This document shows, piece after piece, positions 1-8,460 of a stretch of 33,813 bases of DNA. Below the pieces are notes generated by a model, which was not told where the DNA came from, did no database searches, and saw nothing but the letters and a program-made list of their open reading frames with translations. The stretch comes from a virus. Lineage: Duplodnaviria; Caudoviricetes. Position 1 is the first letter of the stretch, and every line of letters begins with the position of its first letter. The translations under genes were made by a program, and so were the position numbers. The stretch covers positions 1 through 33,813 of the IMG/VR virus record IMGVR_UViG_3300042363_000358. One strand, written 5' to 3'.

Positions 1-145
1 GCGTCCTTGAACTTTTTTCCGGTCTCGCTCTTGAAAAAGTTATTGAGGGTGGTCGCGTCATCCCTGTTCCAAGGAAGCGCATCGACCCAGCATTGATGCC
101 GGCCAAAAGTCCATGCGGCGCGGACTCGTGAAATGAGTGAGATCA

Positions 146-301
146 TCACTTAGCCTTCTTGCGACCGGCTGCGGCGCGGCGCATGAACTCTGCGGCCCCA
201 AGATTCTTGCGACCAATGTATGCCGCGAGAGCTTTGGGATCATCCGCGCCCTCCTTCTTGAGTTGCGTTGCCAGTTTGCTGAACTTCGATTTCTTTTTCA
301 T
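146..301 (-). CDS. Small basic hypothetical phage protein (51 aa)
   Basis: ATG at 301: MKKKSKFSKLATQLKKEGADDPKALAAYIGRKNLG...; follows the upstream ORF stop by 4 nt. Confidence 0.65.
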   Translation of the reverse strand: MKKKSKFSKLATQLKKEGADDPKALAAYIGRKNLGAAEFMRRAAAGRKKAK

Positions 302-305
302 AAAT

Positions 306-551
306 CTACCATGCCCGACATGACCAAGTTCTGGGTTTCGTAGGATCTTTCGCCGTATCGCAGTTGTGCCTCGCTCGGAAGCTCTTGCGCCGCTCGGGAT
401 CGTCCTTCTTAACCTCCATATTGGGATCACCGAAGCGAACCTTGATCACCGTGCCCTTCGGATTGCGGACGTACACCGCTTTCTTCTTGGACTCGCCCGG
501 TGTGTAGAAGGGTTTGCCTAACGATACTTTCTTTCCTTGGTACTCGGCCAT
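306..551 (-). CDS. Conserved small basic phage protein (VRFGDPNM...RKSFRARHNC...WSC type)
   Basis: ATG at 551 (MAEYQGKK); motif FGDPNM-RRKSFRARHNC-WSCRAW resembles a family I recall from aquatic phages; tight packing with neighbours. Confidence 0.7.
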   Translation of the reverse strand: MAEYQGKKVSLGKPFYTPGESKKKAVYVRNPKGTVIKVRFGDPNMEVKKDDPERRKSFRARHNCDTAKDPTKPRTWSCRAW

Positions 552-552
552 A

Positions 553-855
553 TCAAGATTGGAATAGCGGTGAATCCTGCAACTCCTTGATGTTCTCCTG
601 CCTCTTGGCCTTCTGGAACCTGATCTTCGGTGCCACACCCTCCTCAAGCTGCTCCATTAACGGAGCTTGGGGCTGGGTTTGCACCGGAATCGAGGTCAAA
701 ACGGGCTGAGGCTCCACAATAATAGCGGTCATAGCGTAGAATTCTCCGCACCAATCAAAATCCAGCACAGTGGGCCAGCAAGTTGGCCTACTGGTGGGCG
801 GAAACCGCCGGCAGGTCTTGTCGGAGGCTCGATATCGGCAATCTTTGCAGGTCAT
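553..855 (-). CDS. Hypothetical protein with N-terminal Cys cluster
   Basis: CKDCRY...CRRFPP...WCGEF; starts 3 nt after the portal stop. Confidence 0.65.
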   Translation of the reverse strand: MTCKDCRYRASDKTCRRFPPTSRPTCWPTVLDFDWCGEFYAMTAIIVEPQPVLTSIPVQTQPQAPLMEQLEEGVAPKIRFQKAKRQENIKELQDSPLFQS

Positions 856-858
856 AGC

Positions 859-2751
859 TTATTGAACCATCTGCGGCTCCGGTCCGGCGGGCGGCATTGG
901 CATTTGGGGCTGCTGCTGCTGCAACAAACCGCTGCTGGTCAGGAACTTCTGGATCTCAGCCCGCAATTTCCGCGCTTCATTGGTCGCCACCTGCTCGTAC
1001 CCCTGCAAAAGGCTGTCAATCCGCACCATAAACGCATTCTTAGAGGCCGGACTGAACTGCTGACCCTGCTGGATCGCCCCATTCAGGTACTGCATCAGCA
1101 CACCGATACGGCCCGCGAAGTTCTGACCCGGTTTAGCCGGTACCGGGATGCCGATTAGCAGTGTCGGGATCGTCTTGGTCTCGTCCTCCAGCTCATCCTG
1201 CTGCTTCTGACCTGGATCCCGTATCAGTTTTTTGATCAGGCTCGGGTCATCCAGCTCCATAATGCTCTTATCCAGCTCCACCTGATCCACCCAAGGGCTG
1301 TTCTGGAACAGTTGCTTACGGTTAATGGCCTGCTGAACCATCATCTGCCGGCTGACCATGTCCATACCGCCCTTCGGTTCCAGCTCATATTGATCGTGCA
1401 ATGCCACCGGATCCGCATCCAGCGAGTCCTCGGCAAATCGATATCGTAAACTCTTGGAATCATACTGAACATAAAGTCCCCAAGCTTGCCGGTACATCTT
1501 GCCCAGTGCCATACGGAACAATCGCGCCCGCAAATCACCGCTCTGCATCGCCTGAGCGTTGATGCTCTGGATCTCGGTCGCCGTCCGCCGGTCTGATCCC
1601 CCGCCCATTGCACTGCCCATCGCATAATCCGGACTACCGATCCGGTTCTCCGCGACCGCCCGAGTCTGGTTCAGCTCCTGATCGAAGCTCACCGGCGGCT
1701 GCGGCATCTGGACCGGGGCCACGCCATACGGCAAGATTTGCCCGGGTGAGAACCGCAGGTTGATGCTGTTCGGCAGCTCCCGTTCCGCTCGGAATAGCGG
1801 GCGATTATACAGCGTCATCGCATCGTGCTTGTGGTTCCACATCGAGGTCATGGACAACTCGAACGGAGCCAGGATCTCGCACACGCCCCGCGGGCTGAAC
1901 CATCCCTTGTCCTTGATCTCATACGGGAAGTCCACGAAGGGACATTGGCCATGATCGTATGGCAACTCCATCGGATCCCGCAGATCCATATCCACTGCCG
2001 CGGGGCTGTACAGGTAAACCTCCCACACCCCGTCATCCCGCTTCTTGTACACCTCCCACACAATTACCCCATCGGTATTGCTCGTGTAAGTGATACCCTC
2101 TCGAAGTTGCTTTGCGTCTTCCTCGGTCGCTGCTCCCGGGACGTTATCGTCCTGCTGCGGATTACCCCGAATCTTCTCGATCGTCTTGGAATCGCTCTTC
2201 CACCCGAACTGCCCAGCCATCCGCTTGTACGCCCCCACACTCATCGGCATCACATGCACCGCCCAATCTGCATCCTGCAAATCCACGGTGTAGGCCGGCA
2301 CAATGAAATACATCGGGTCAATCGCCTCAAACCCCACCCGCTTATCACCGGGATTCCAGAAGCACTTGATCACCCCGCGCCCGCTCATCAGCGTGTAATC
2401 CACCCAGCTCAGGACTTCGTCCGTAAAATTGGTCTTGTCCCGAATCTTATAATTGAACCAGTCCTCCGCCACCTTCGTATACGCATTCAACTGCTGGCGC
2501 ATCGGAACAAAGCTGGCCACAACATCCATGCCCAATGCCTGCTGGAGGAACAGCGGCTTGAGCTTCTCGATCGCCGTATCAATGAGCGGCCAATGCAGAT
2601 CCGCGGCCTTGGGCCAGGGCTTATTGGTACGTCGCAACCCGTGATGGCGTAACTCATACCATCGCGTCTGCCTTATCTCCCACGGGCTTCTCTGTGCAAC
2701 AGCCTCAACAATCTGGCCCTGCAACGAATTCCGCTGTTTGTCGCTCATCAT
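859..2751 (-). CDS. Portal protein (podovirus head-tail connector)
   Basis: 630 aa directly downstream of TerL; GRGVIKCFWN, PFVDFPYE...SPRGVCE, RTATEI motifs; Q/P-rich C-terminal tail. Confidence 0.85.
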   Translation of the reverse strand: MMSDKQRNSLQGQIVEAVAQRSPWEIRQTRWYELRHHGLRRTNKPWPKAADLHWPLIDTAIEKLKPLFLQQALGMDVVASFVPMRQQLNAYTKVAEDWFNYKIRDKTNFTDEVLSWVDYTLMSGRGVIKCFWNPGDKRVGFEAIDPMYFIVPAYTVDLQDADWAVHVMPMSVGAYKRMAGQFGWKSDSKTIEKIRGNPQQDDNVPGAATEEDAKQLREGITYTSNTDGVIVWEVYKKRDDGVWEVYLYSPAAVDMDLRDPMELPYDHGQCPFVDFPYEIKDKGWFSPRGVCEILAPFELSMTSMWNHKHDAMTLYNRPLFRAERELPNSINLRFSPGQILPYGVAPVQMPQPPVSFDQELNQTRAVAENRIGSPDYAMGSAMGGGSDRRTATEIQSINAQAMQSGDLRARLFRMALGKMYRQAWGLYVQYDSKSLRYRFAEDSLDADPVALHDQYELEPKGGMDMVSRQMMVQQAINRKQLFQNSPWVDQVELDKSIMELDDPSLIKKLIRDPGQKQQDELEDETKTIPTLLIGIPVPAKPGQNFAGRIGVLMQYLNGAIQQGQQFSPASKNAFMVRIDSLLQGYEQVATNEARKLRAEIQKFLTSSGLLQQQQPQMPMPPAGPEPQMVQ

Positions 2752-2769
2752 AAATGTATACCCCTCTTC

Positions 2770-4305
2770 CTACCCGCCAACCTCGCATCCAGCAAGCGGA
2801 GACCCAGTTTCCTCCACCGGACCTATCTCATCCTCCATCCTTTCAAGCAAGCTCCTTCCATCCTCACCCAACGCTTTCAGGTACTCATCCATCCGCTTCC
2901 CGCCCCCACCGCAAAACGCCAGTACCATAGCATCCGCCCGATCCGGACTATTCACCCCGCGGGATCGCAACTCGTCCTTACCCTCCAGAGTCAGCTTCCC
3001 CTTACCATTAGTCCGCACCTTCCTGCTCACGAACTGCTGCAATAGAATCTCGTCCGTTCCCACCGGCCCAAGATTCACCTTCGCTTCCTCCACCATCCGC
3101 CCGAACTCAATCCACATCTCCGCAGCCCTATTCACAAACTGATCATCCCGAATGGCCCGCTCCCCGAAGTTAACCCGCCGCACATCCCAACCCTCGGAGC
3201 GGAGCGCATCGCACATCACCACACCCATACCGCCCACATCCGCATAGATATCCGCCGCCTTCAGATTCCACTTCCTGAACTCCGCTATGAACCTACCCAC
3301 ACTGGCCATCGTGTCCTTATCCCTCCACCGCACCAGCCCCTTAACCGTATTACCCTGGCGAATGACAAGGACGCTTTCATCACCACCAGCCGAGAAGTCA
3401 CAGCCCGCGGTCAACGGCTGACCCTCCGTATCCTCCTTAGGTGGGCCACTAACCACCCTCTGCCAATCAATCGTCTTCACCGCCGTCAAACTCCCATCGT
3501 CCTCCATGAACTCCGCGTAGATCATCGATCTCACCAGCGGATGCCCCTCGCCCCATCTGGCGAACTGATCATCAATCCACTCCTTCCGGATATGCGGACA
3601 ATCAAAAGCCGTCACCGTAAAGGTATTCCACTTCCCATCGTTGCGCCGGAATACATCGTAGAAATATCCGGAGGAGCCGCCAGGGCTACTCATCAGCAGA
3701 GTCCGCGTTGGCTGGCACCGTTCCATCGACTGGAAGATACCGTCCGGCACCGCCTTCGCCTCATCCACAATATACAGCAAATCATTGCTCGGACCCTGCA
3801 CATGCCAACCCTCCGCCTTCTCAGGATTGCTCGCCGAGAACCCAATACATCTACTCACCAGCTCCTGGCCATCCACCTTCTTCGGATACACATACCGGAT
3901 CTCTCCATCCTTGATCGAGAATCCATTCTCCTCGCCACCCAATCCATTGATCATCTTCCGCAGGTGCGGCCACAGAGCATCGGCCACCTGTCGGTACACA
4001 CCCGCCGTACATACCACCAAGCTCCCAGGCCAGCGGAGCATGTGCCAGACAACCGCGCTCGCGGCTACCATGCTCGTCTTGCCAGATCCATTCGCAGCCT
4101 TGAGTGCCACCTTGGAATGCTTCTCGTTCAACGCTCCCAGCACCTTCTCCTGCCAAGGATAGGTGTCGCGAAGCCCTAACATCATCTTAGGGAAGTTGGC
4201 CAAATGTTGTGCCTCCTCTAGAAGCTTACGCTGCTTCCATGCAGGGATATGCGAACCCATTCCCAGTGAAGGGGATTTCTTCCGTTTAATTTGCTTGACA
4301 CTCAT
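2770..4305 (-). CDS. terL: Terminase large subunit
   Basis: Walker A AANGSGKT, Walker B LLYIVDEA, coupling motif MSSP, RNase H-like nuclease GCDFSAGGDESV and SPDRADA. Confidence 0.93.
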   Translation of the reverse strand: MSVKQIKRKKSPSLGMGSHIPAWKQRKLLEEAQHLANFPKMMLGLRDTYPWQEKVLGALNEKHSKVALKAANGSGKTSMVAASAVVWHMLRWPGSLVVCTAGVYRQVADALWPHLRKMINGLGGEENGFSIKDGEIRYVYPKKVDGQELVSRCIGFSASNPEKAEGWHVQGPSNDLLYIVDEAKAVPDGIFQSMERCQPTRTLLMSSPGGSSGYFYDVFRRNDGKWNTFTVTAFDCPHIRKEWIDDQFARWGEGHPLVRSMIYAEFMEDDGSLTAVKTIDWQRVVSGPPKEDTEGQPLTAGCDFSAGGDESVLVIRQGNTVKGLVRWRDKDTMASVGRFIAEFRKWNLKAADIYADVGGMGVVMCDALRSEGWDVRRVNFGERAIRDDQFVNRAAEMWIEFGRMVEEAKVNLGPVGTDEILLQQFVSRKVRTNGKGKLTLEGKDELRSRGVNSPDRADAMVLAFCGGGGKRMDEYLKALGEDGRSLLERMEDEIGPVEETGSPLAGCEVGG

Positions 4306-4381
4306 AAAATTGGGTTGGGTACGGATGGGGGGTATAAGGTATCACCCACCCCCCTCCTGGGTGGTCCCCCTCCCCCGTTGT

Positions 4382-4434
4382 CCTATTACCATATCCGCCA
4401 TCCGTATACCGCTATTCCTATTGCCTATCCTATT
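4382..4434. repeat. Degenerate period-7 tandem repeat between terS and terL
   Basis: catatcc gccatcc gtatacc gctattc ctattgc ctatcct. Confidence 0.45.
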
Positions 4435-4873
4435 TAGATTGACCACCGAATGCTCCTAGTAAATTGCCGCTTACTGACAATTCCTTACCGCCTTTGCCAG
4501 TATGCTCGAGCGATGCCCTTGCAACGTAGCCTCTGGTTCTTTCTAGCAACCAAGCAGAGCCTTGCCAGCCGTTGCCACATTGGCGGACAACGCTAGTAAG
4601 TTCCAGCTCACCTTCGAACTGGGCTTGCTTGATGGCGTTGGCAAAGTCCGGATGCCGAGCTAGGTACAATTGCCAGCCTTGCCCGCCATCGAAGAAACCA
4701 CAGCCAATGGCGATCCTTTCCAACGGGATGCCGAGCTTTGCCGCTTCAATAGCTTTTTTTGTGATCTCGGCAGAAAGGATTTTGAGGGGCCTCCCGATCT
4801 TTGCCGCCACCTTCGCCTTGGGCTTTTCAATCACCTGGTTCTCGCCTTCCTTTTCCTTCGCCTTCGCCTTCAT
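4430..4873 (-). CDS. terS: Terminase small subunit
   Basis: Upstream of terL; GRP motif, HTH-like AAKLGIPLERIAIGCG, PDFANAIKQA, WQGSAWLLER, LEHTGKGG. Confidence 0.75.
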   Translation of the reverse strand: MKAKAKEKEGENQVIEKPKAKVAAKIGRPLKILSAEITKKAIEAAKLGIPLERIAIGCGFFDGGQGWQLYLARHPDFANAIKQAQFEGELELTSVVRQCGNGWQGSAWLLERTRGYVARASLEHTGKGGKELSVSGNLLGAFGGQSK

Positions 4874-4980
4874 GACCCTTTCAATAGCTCAAATAATTTT
4901 CCTTTACCTTTTCCGTTGCCAATCGTCAGCAACTGTGTCTTCCTTTGCGTACGCCCTCCAATTATGGGCACTCTCAAATC

Positions 4981-5091
4981 ATGAAACTTAAACCCTTCCT
5001 TACCGCCCTCGCGATCCTCATAGGATCGGCCCTTGTCCTAGGTTCCCTTGCCTATTGCTTCGCGCAATTGCTCGTCGGAGGTTCCCTTTGA
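4981..5091 (+). CDS. Small hydrophobic/membrane protein (36 aa)
   Basis: Translated by hand: MKLKPFLTALAILIGSALVLGSLAYCFAQLLVGGSL*; TTGA overlap with the next start. Confidence 0.55.
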   Translation: MKLKPFLTALAILIGSALVLGSLAYCFAQLLVGGSL

Positions 5092-5777
5092 ATGGCTTCA
5101 TTCTCCACGAGGATCGCGACCGAGTCATCATTGCAACCGGCTTTGAAACCCCTTCGGACAACCGGAAAACCGGCGACATGATCCAGATCTGGATCCTAGT
5201 CCGTTCCGTGAGCCCTACCGAAGCAATCCGTACGGGCTTGGATCGTTTGATCTGTGGATCTTGCGTCCATCGCGGTCATGAGGTTGACGGCCGCTTTGGT
5301 GTGGATCGTTCCTGCTATGTGAACCCCGGCCAAGCTCCCCTTGGCATCTGGCGAGCTTGGAAGGCGGGCAACTATCAACCCCTGCGTAGTCTCGAATGCT
5401 TCACCGGTAGGAAAGTCCGTTTCGGTGCCTACGGTGATCCCACGCATTTGCCGCTTTCCCTTGCTTTGGCCATCGCCGGAGTTTCTTCGGGGTGGACAGG
5501 CTATACTCATCAATGGCGGAAACCTTCCTTGCAAGCGTGGCGTTCGCTTTTGATGGCCAGTGTGGACAGCATCGCGGAACTTGTGATCGCTCGGTCAATG
5601 GGCTGGTCAACCTTTCGCGTGGGATCCGAGGCTAGTGTCGGCGAGTCCCTTTGCGCGTCCGATCGCGATGGAACCCCATGCGCTGTGTGCCAACTATGCG
5701 CGGGTGCCCGTAACGGTCTCGAGTCTGTCCATATTCCACCCCATGGAAAGGGTGCAACGCATTTTCTCGAAGCTTGA
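5088..5777 (+). CDS. Conserved Cys-rich phage protein, function unknown
   Basis: TTG start coupled to the upstream stop; NRKTGDM, CGSCVH, CYVN, VRFGAYGDP, WTGYTHQW, C-terminal CAVCQLC. Confidence 0.75.
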   Translation: MNGFILHEDRDRVIIATGFETPSDNRKTGDMIQIWILVRSVSPTEAIRTGLDRLICGSCVHRGHEVDGRFGVDRSCYVNPGQAPLGIWRAWKAGNYQPLRSLECFTGRKVRFGAYGDPTHLPLSLALAIAGVSSGWTGYTHQWRKPSLQAWRSLLMASVDSIAELVIARSMGWSTFRVGSEASVGESLCASDRDGTPCAVCQLCAGARNGLESVHIPPHGKGATHFLEA

Positions 5778-5844
5778 ATTCTCCGGAGGATCCATGGGGG
5801 AAACTCCGTGGGTTCTGCGGGCAATTGATGCCCATACAAACCAC

Positions 5845-6054
5845 ATGAAAACCAAAGTAAACCCCTACCTCATCACAGCCACCGAAGCTCTTGAAAACGA
5901 AGGGTTCACCCCCGACACCCTCGAGGACTTCACCCGTAACGCCATGTGGGAAGCCACATCACCCGCATGTTGCACCGAAGGGTGTGTCGTTGAACCCGAC
6001 GGAGCCTGTAGCCACGGGTGCCCGTCCATTCTCATCGCCTTGGGCCTTATCTAA
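5845..6054 (+). CDS. Small Cys/His (probable Zn-binding) protein
   Basis: CCTEGCVVEPDGACSHGCPS; A/C-rich leader before ATG 5845. Confidence 0.7.
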   Translation: MKTKVNPYLITATEALENEGFTPDTLEDFTRNAMWEATSPACCTEGCVVEPDGACSHGCPSILIALGLI

Positions 6055-6062
6055 CCCACACC

Positions 6063-6302
6063 ATGGAAGCAATCTCAACCCGTTTTCTCGGGCCGACGGA
6101 CACGAAGGGTGCCCGCATCAAAGCAAGTTGGAGCAAGGGGAGCTTGACGATACCTTACCCTTACGAAACGGACACGCACGACGGACACAAGCAAGCGGCC
6201 CGCTTGCTTTTCTCCCGGGACTTTTCCCGGGACTTCGGCGAAAATATCGTTTTTTCAACGGGACACTTGCCCGACGGGACATATGTCCATGTCATGATCT
6301 AA
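6063..6302 (+). CDS. Hypothetical phage protein
   Basis: MEAISTRFLGPTDTKGARIKA...; TAATG coupling to the next ORF. Confidence 0.7.
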   Translation: MEAISTRFLGPTDTKGARIKASWSKGSLTIPYPYETDTHDGHKQAARLLFSRDFSRDFGENIVFSTGHLPDGTYVHVMI

Positions 6303-6397
6303 TGAAACCCCTCCTCCGTGTCCTTGGGTATCTTGCCCTGTGTTTACTTTTCACCCTCCTTCTAGTCCTTAGTGCCCTAGCCGGAAACGGTAAGTAA
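6302..6397 (+). CDS. Small membrane peptide (31 aa)
   Basis: MKPLLRVLGYLALCLLFTLLLVLSALAGNGK; coupled start; ends just before a terminator. Confidence 0.5.
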   Translation: MKPLLRVLGYLALCLLFTLLLVLSALAGNGK

Positions 6398-6418
6398 ATC
6401 CCAATCACCCCCGCCGCG

Positions 6419-6451
6419 CCCCGTAGGTTCAATCCTGCGGGGTTTTTCTTT
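6419..6451 (+). terminator. Rho-independent terminator
   Basis: Stem CCCCGTAGG / CCTGCGGGG (one G-U pair), loop TTCAAT, then TTTTTCTTT. Confidence 0.85.
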
Positions 6452-6550
6452 GCCTCGAGGGTGTGGACACCCGCTTGCCGCTTTCCTTCCTTCCTAGGCC
6501 CGCTTGCCTAACAGTAGGCCATCGCCCCCTTGTGTGTGGTTCCTTCCTTC

Positions 6551-6581
6551 CTTGTCACTGGTCACTTGTCACTGGTCACTT
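6551..6581. repeat. Heptamer tandem repeat CT(T/G)GTCA x4.4
   Basis: cttgtca ctggtca cttgtca ctggtca ctt. Confidence 0.85.
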
Positions 6582-6746
6582 TCGATTTGACACTAGGCAA
6601 CCAGGTACCCCCCTAGGACATAGAATGTCCGACCCCGTTATTGGCATTGGACATACCGTGTCCGCCCCTCCCCCGTCGCCCGCGCCCGCCCGCCCATGCA
6701 CCCCCCCCCAACCCCGGAACCTCATGGTGCGGTATTCCAGATTCTG

Positions 6747-6796
6747 CATACGCCATACGGAATTCGGAATTCGGAATTCCAGAATCGGGAATCGGG
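6747..6796. repeat. Heptamer tandem repeat GGAATTC x3 plus degenerate copies
   Basis: ggaattc ggaattc ggaattc cagaatc gggaatc, preceded by catacgc catac. Confidence 0.85.
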
Positions 6797-6832
6797 GTAC
6801 AGGGAAATCTCCATGCCATGAAAGATTACCCC

Positions 6833-6862
6833 TTGACGAGGTGGATGATGGTGCGGTAGGTT
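6833..6862 (+). promoter_or_regulatory. Putative sigma70 promoter, leaderless configuration
   Basis: TTGACG (6833-6838), 18 nt, TAGGTT (6857-6862), 7 nt, GTG 6870. Confidence 0.5.
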
Positions 6863-6869
6863 GGGCGGC

Positions 6870-7025
6870 GTGAACCAACAAACCATTGTCGCCACCTTCC
6901 GCAAGCCGGATGGAGAGATCGAGAAGGACTTCAGCTACCATGAACCGATCAGCGAGGCCCGCGAGGCTGCTGAGGAGGACGCTCATCGCTACGGTTGGGA
7001 GTTCCTGAGTGTGGAGGTTCAATGA
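6870..7025 (+). CDS. Small acidic hypothetical protein (51 aa)
   Basis: Translated by hand: VNQQTIVATFRKPDGEIEKDFSYHEPISEAREAAEEDAHRYGWEFLSVEVQ*; ATGA overlap with the methyltransferase. Confidence 0.6.
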   Translation: MNQQTIVATFRKPDGEIEKDFSYHEPISEAREAAEEDAHRYGWEFLSVEVQ

Positions 7026-7648
7026 AACCCCGCATCCTTGTGGCGTGTGAGTACAGTGGCCGGGTTCGCGATGAGTTCGCGTCCCGAGGCTGGGATGCGT
7101 GGAGCTGCGATTTCGAGGAGTCAGACACGGTGGGCCAGCATTACCGCGGTGATGTGCGGGATCTCCTCAAGCAGCGGTGGGACATGCTGATCGCGTTCCC
7201 GCCATGCACCTACCTATGCGCGAGCGGCATGCACTGGACTACCCGTGGGCTCCGCGACCCCAAGCTGACCGAGGAAGCACTGGCATTTGTCCATCTGTTA
7301 ATGAATAGTACCCCCCCCCGTATAGCAATAGAGAACCCAATAGGTGCTATCAACACTCGTATATGCAAACCCACTCAGATAATCCAGCCGTATCAGTTCG
7401 GAGATGACGCGAGCAAGCGCACCTGTCTCTGGCTCAAGAACCTTCCACCGCTGGTTCCCACCGACATCCTGCCGCTACCGCCATCCGGTAGGTGGGCCAA
7501 TCAAACCCCCAGTGGCCAGAACAAACTCGGTCCCAGTCCAACCCGCTGGAAGGAGCGTTCCAAGACCTATCCCGGCATCGCCCGCGCTATGGCCGCTCAA
7601 TGGGGTTCCGCTATCCACACACTCCCCAGCCATCAAACGCTCTCCTAG
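7022..7648 (+). CDS. Compact DNA cytosine-C5 methyltransferase-like protein
   Basis: Catalytic motif IV FPPC, motif VI IENP, DAWSCD and GDV SAM-binding segments; atypical motif I (LVACEYSG); 208 aa. Confidence 0.75.
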   Translation: MKPRILVACEYSGRVRDEFASRGWDAWSCDFEESDTVGQHYRGDVRDLLKQRWDMLIAFPPCTYLCASGMHWTTRGLRDPKLTEEALAFVHLLMNSTPPRIAIENPIGAINTRICKPTQIIQPYQFGDDASKRTCLWLKNLPPLVPTDILPLPPSGRWANQTPSGQNKLGPSPTRWKERSKTYPGIARAMAAQWGSAIHTLPSHQTLS

Positions 7649-7730
7649 ACCCCTCCAAGCTCCAGCAATCGACATCCATATTCATCCATCACAACCACCT
7701 ACCCGATACTTCGTAATCAGTTGGGGTTCG

Positions 7731-7881
7731 CAATAAATGCCGCCGCCGCGGGGGGCGTAAGTCCCCCAAAAGCGTAGCGGCGCAGCATTTATTGACTCCC
7801 TTTTAAGGGAGTATGGAACTCCCTTTTAGGGGAGATAGCGGGGGGGGCTGGGAACTTTGTGCTACCGTGATCGGAAGTTCC
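7731..7881. other. Cluster of inverted and direct repeats; candidate replication origin
   Basis: CAATAAATGC/GCATTTATTG closing a nested hairpin; two 17-bp near-palindromes ACTCCCTTTTA(A/G)GGGAG; G8 run; GGAACTT/AAGTTCC. Confidence 0.55.
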
Positions 7882-7929
7882 TTTTGGATACTTGACGGGT
7901 GTCTTGAGACATGTGACCTTGGTTCTCTC

Positions 7930-8460
7930 ATGAGTTACTTAGACAACGGTTCCACCTTACGCGCCATGTTCCGCCTGATGCCGCCCATGCGGCACGATGC
8001 CGATCCGACACGATCCGAGGTTGTGGCCCACATCCGCGAGAATATGAGGTGTGAATTGGGCCGTGCGATTCGTGCGTTTGATTCGATGCGCCATCTGAAG
8101 AGCGCGGTGTTGATATACGATCGTATCCATCGTCAGTGGCGTGGATGTGATTGGGTGCCTGCCGAGGAGGTGGACAAGATATCACTATTGATGAGTGTTG
8201 TTACGGAGTTGAAGCGTGATATATCGTCATTGAGATCGGAGCTTCGGAAGGTGAAGAACGAGATGGTCTTGTTGCGCCGGCGCAAGGGTGGCAGGAAGGA
8301 TGAGGAGATGGCCGACTCGCAGGATGATCCGGAACCCGAGCAGCAACAAGCCGCTCCCCCCGAAGAGAAAGCGGCTGATGGAGAAGACTGGTTCAAGGCT
8401 ATGCGCGCCGCCTTGGCTGAGGGCGATAAGGCTTCTCCTTCTTCAGTTCCGCTCCCGTGA
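7930..8460 (+). CDS. Hypothetical protein with coiled coil and acidic tail
   Basis: ATG 7930 after TTGACG-17-GACCTT; heptads LKRDISSLRSELRKVKNEM; 3' end overlaps the primase-helicase by 62 nt. Confidence 0.65.
   Translation: MSYLDNGSTLRAMFRLMPPMRHDADPTRSEVVAHIRENMRCELGRAIRAFDSMRHLKSAVLIYDRIHRQWRGCDWVPAEEVDKISLLMSVVTELKRDISSLRSELRKVKNEMVLLRRRKGGRKDEEMADSQDDPEPEQQQAAPPEEKAADGEDWFKAMRAALAEGDKASPSSVPLP

Noticed and set aside
1825-4179. Long plus-strand ORFs 1825-2652 and 3541-4179
   Set aside because: Antisense shadows of portal and terL; His/Pro/Leu-rich composition expected from codon bias, with no motifs
6421-6440. GGTTCAATCC resembling a tRNA T-arm or attP fragment
   Set aside because: 6-nt loop, no D or anticodon arm, no CCA; explained as the terminator hairpin
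6463-7022. ORFs crossing the repeat-rich gap (6463-6873 +, 6576-7022 -)
   Set aside because: Translations merely mirror heptamer and poly-C repeats; the region behaves as non-coding
8399-8460. 62-nt convergent overlap of two genes
   Set aside because: Both tails are low-complexity; common in compact phage genomes and gives no evidence of function
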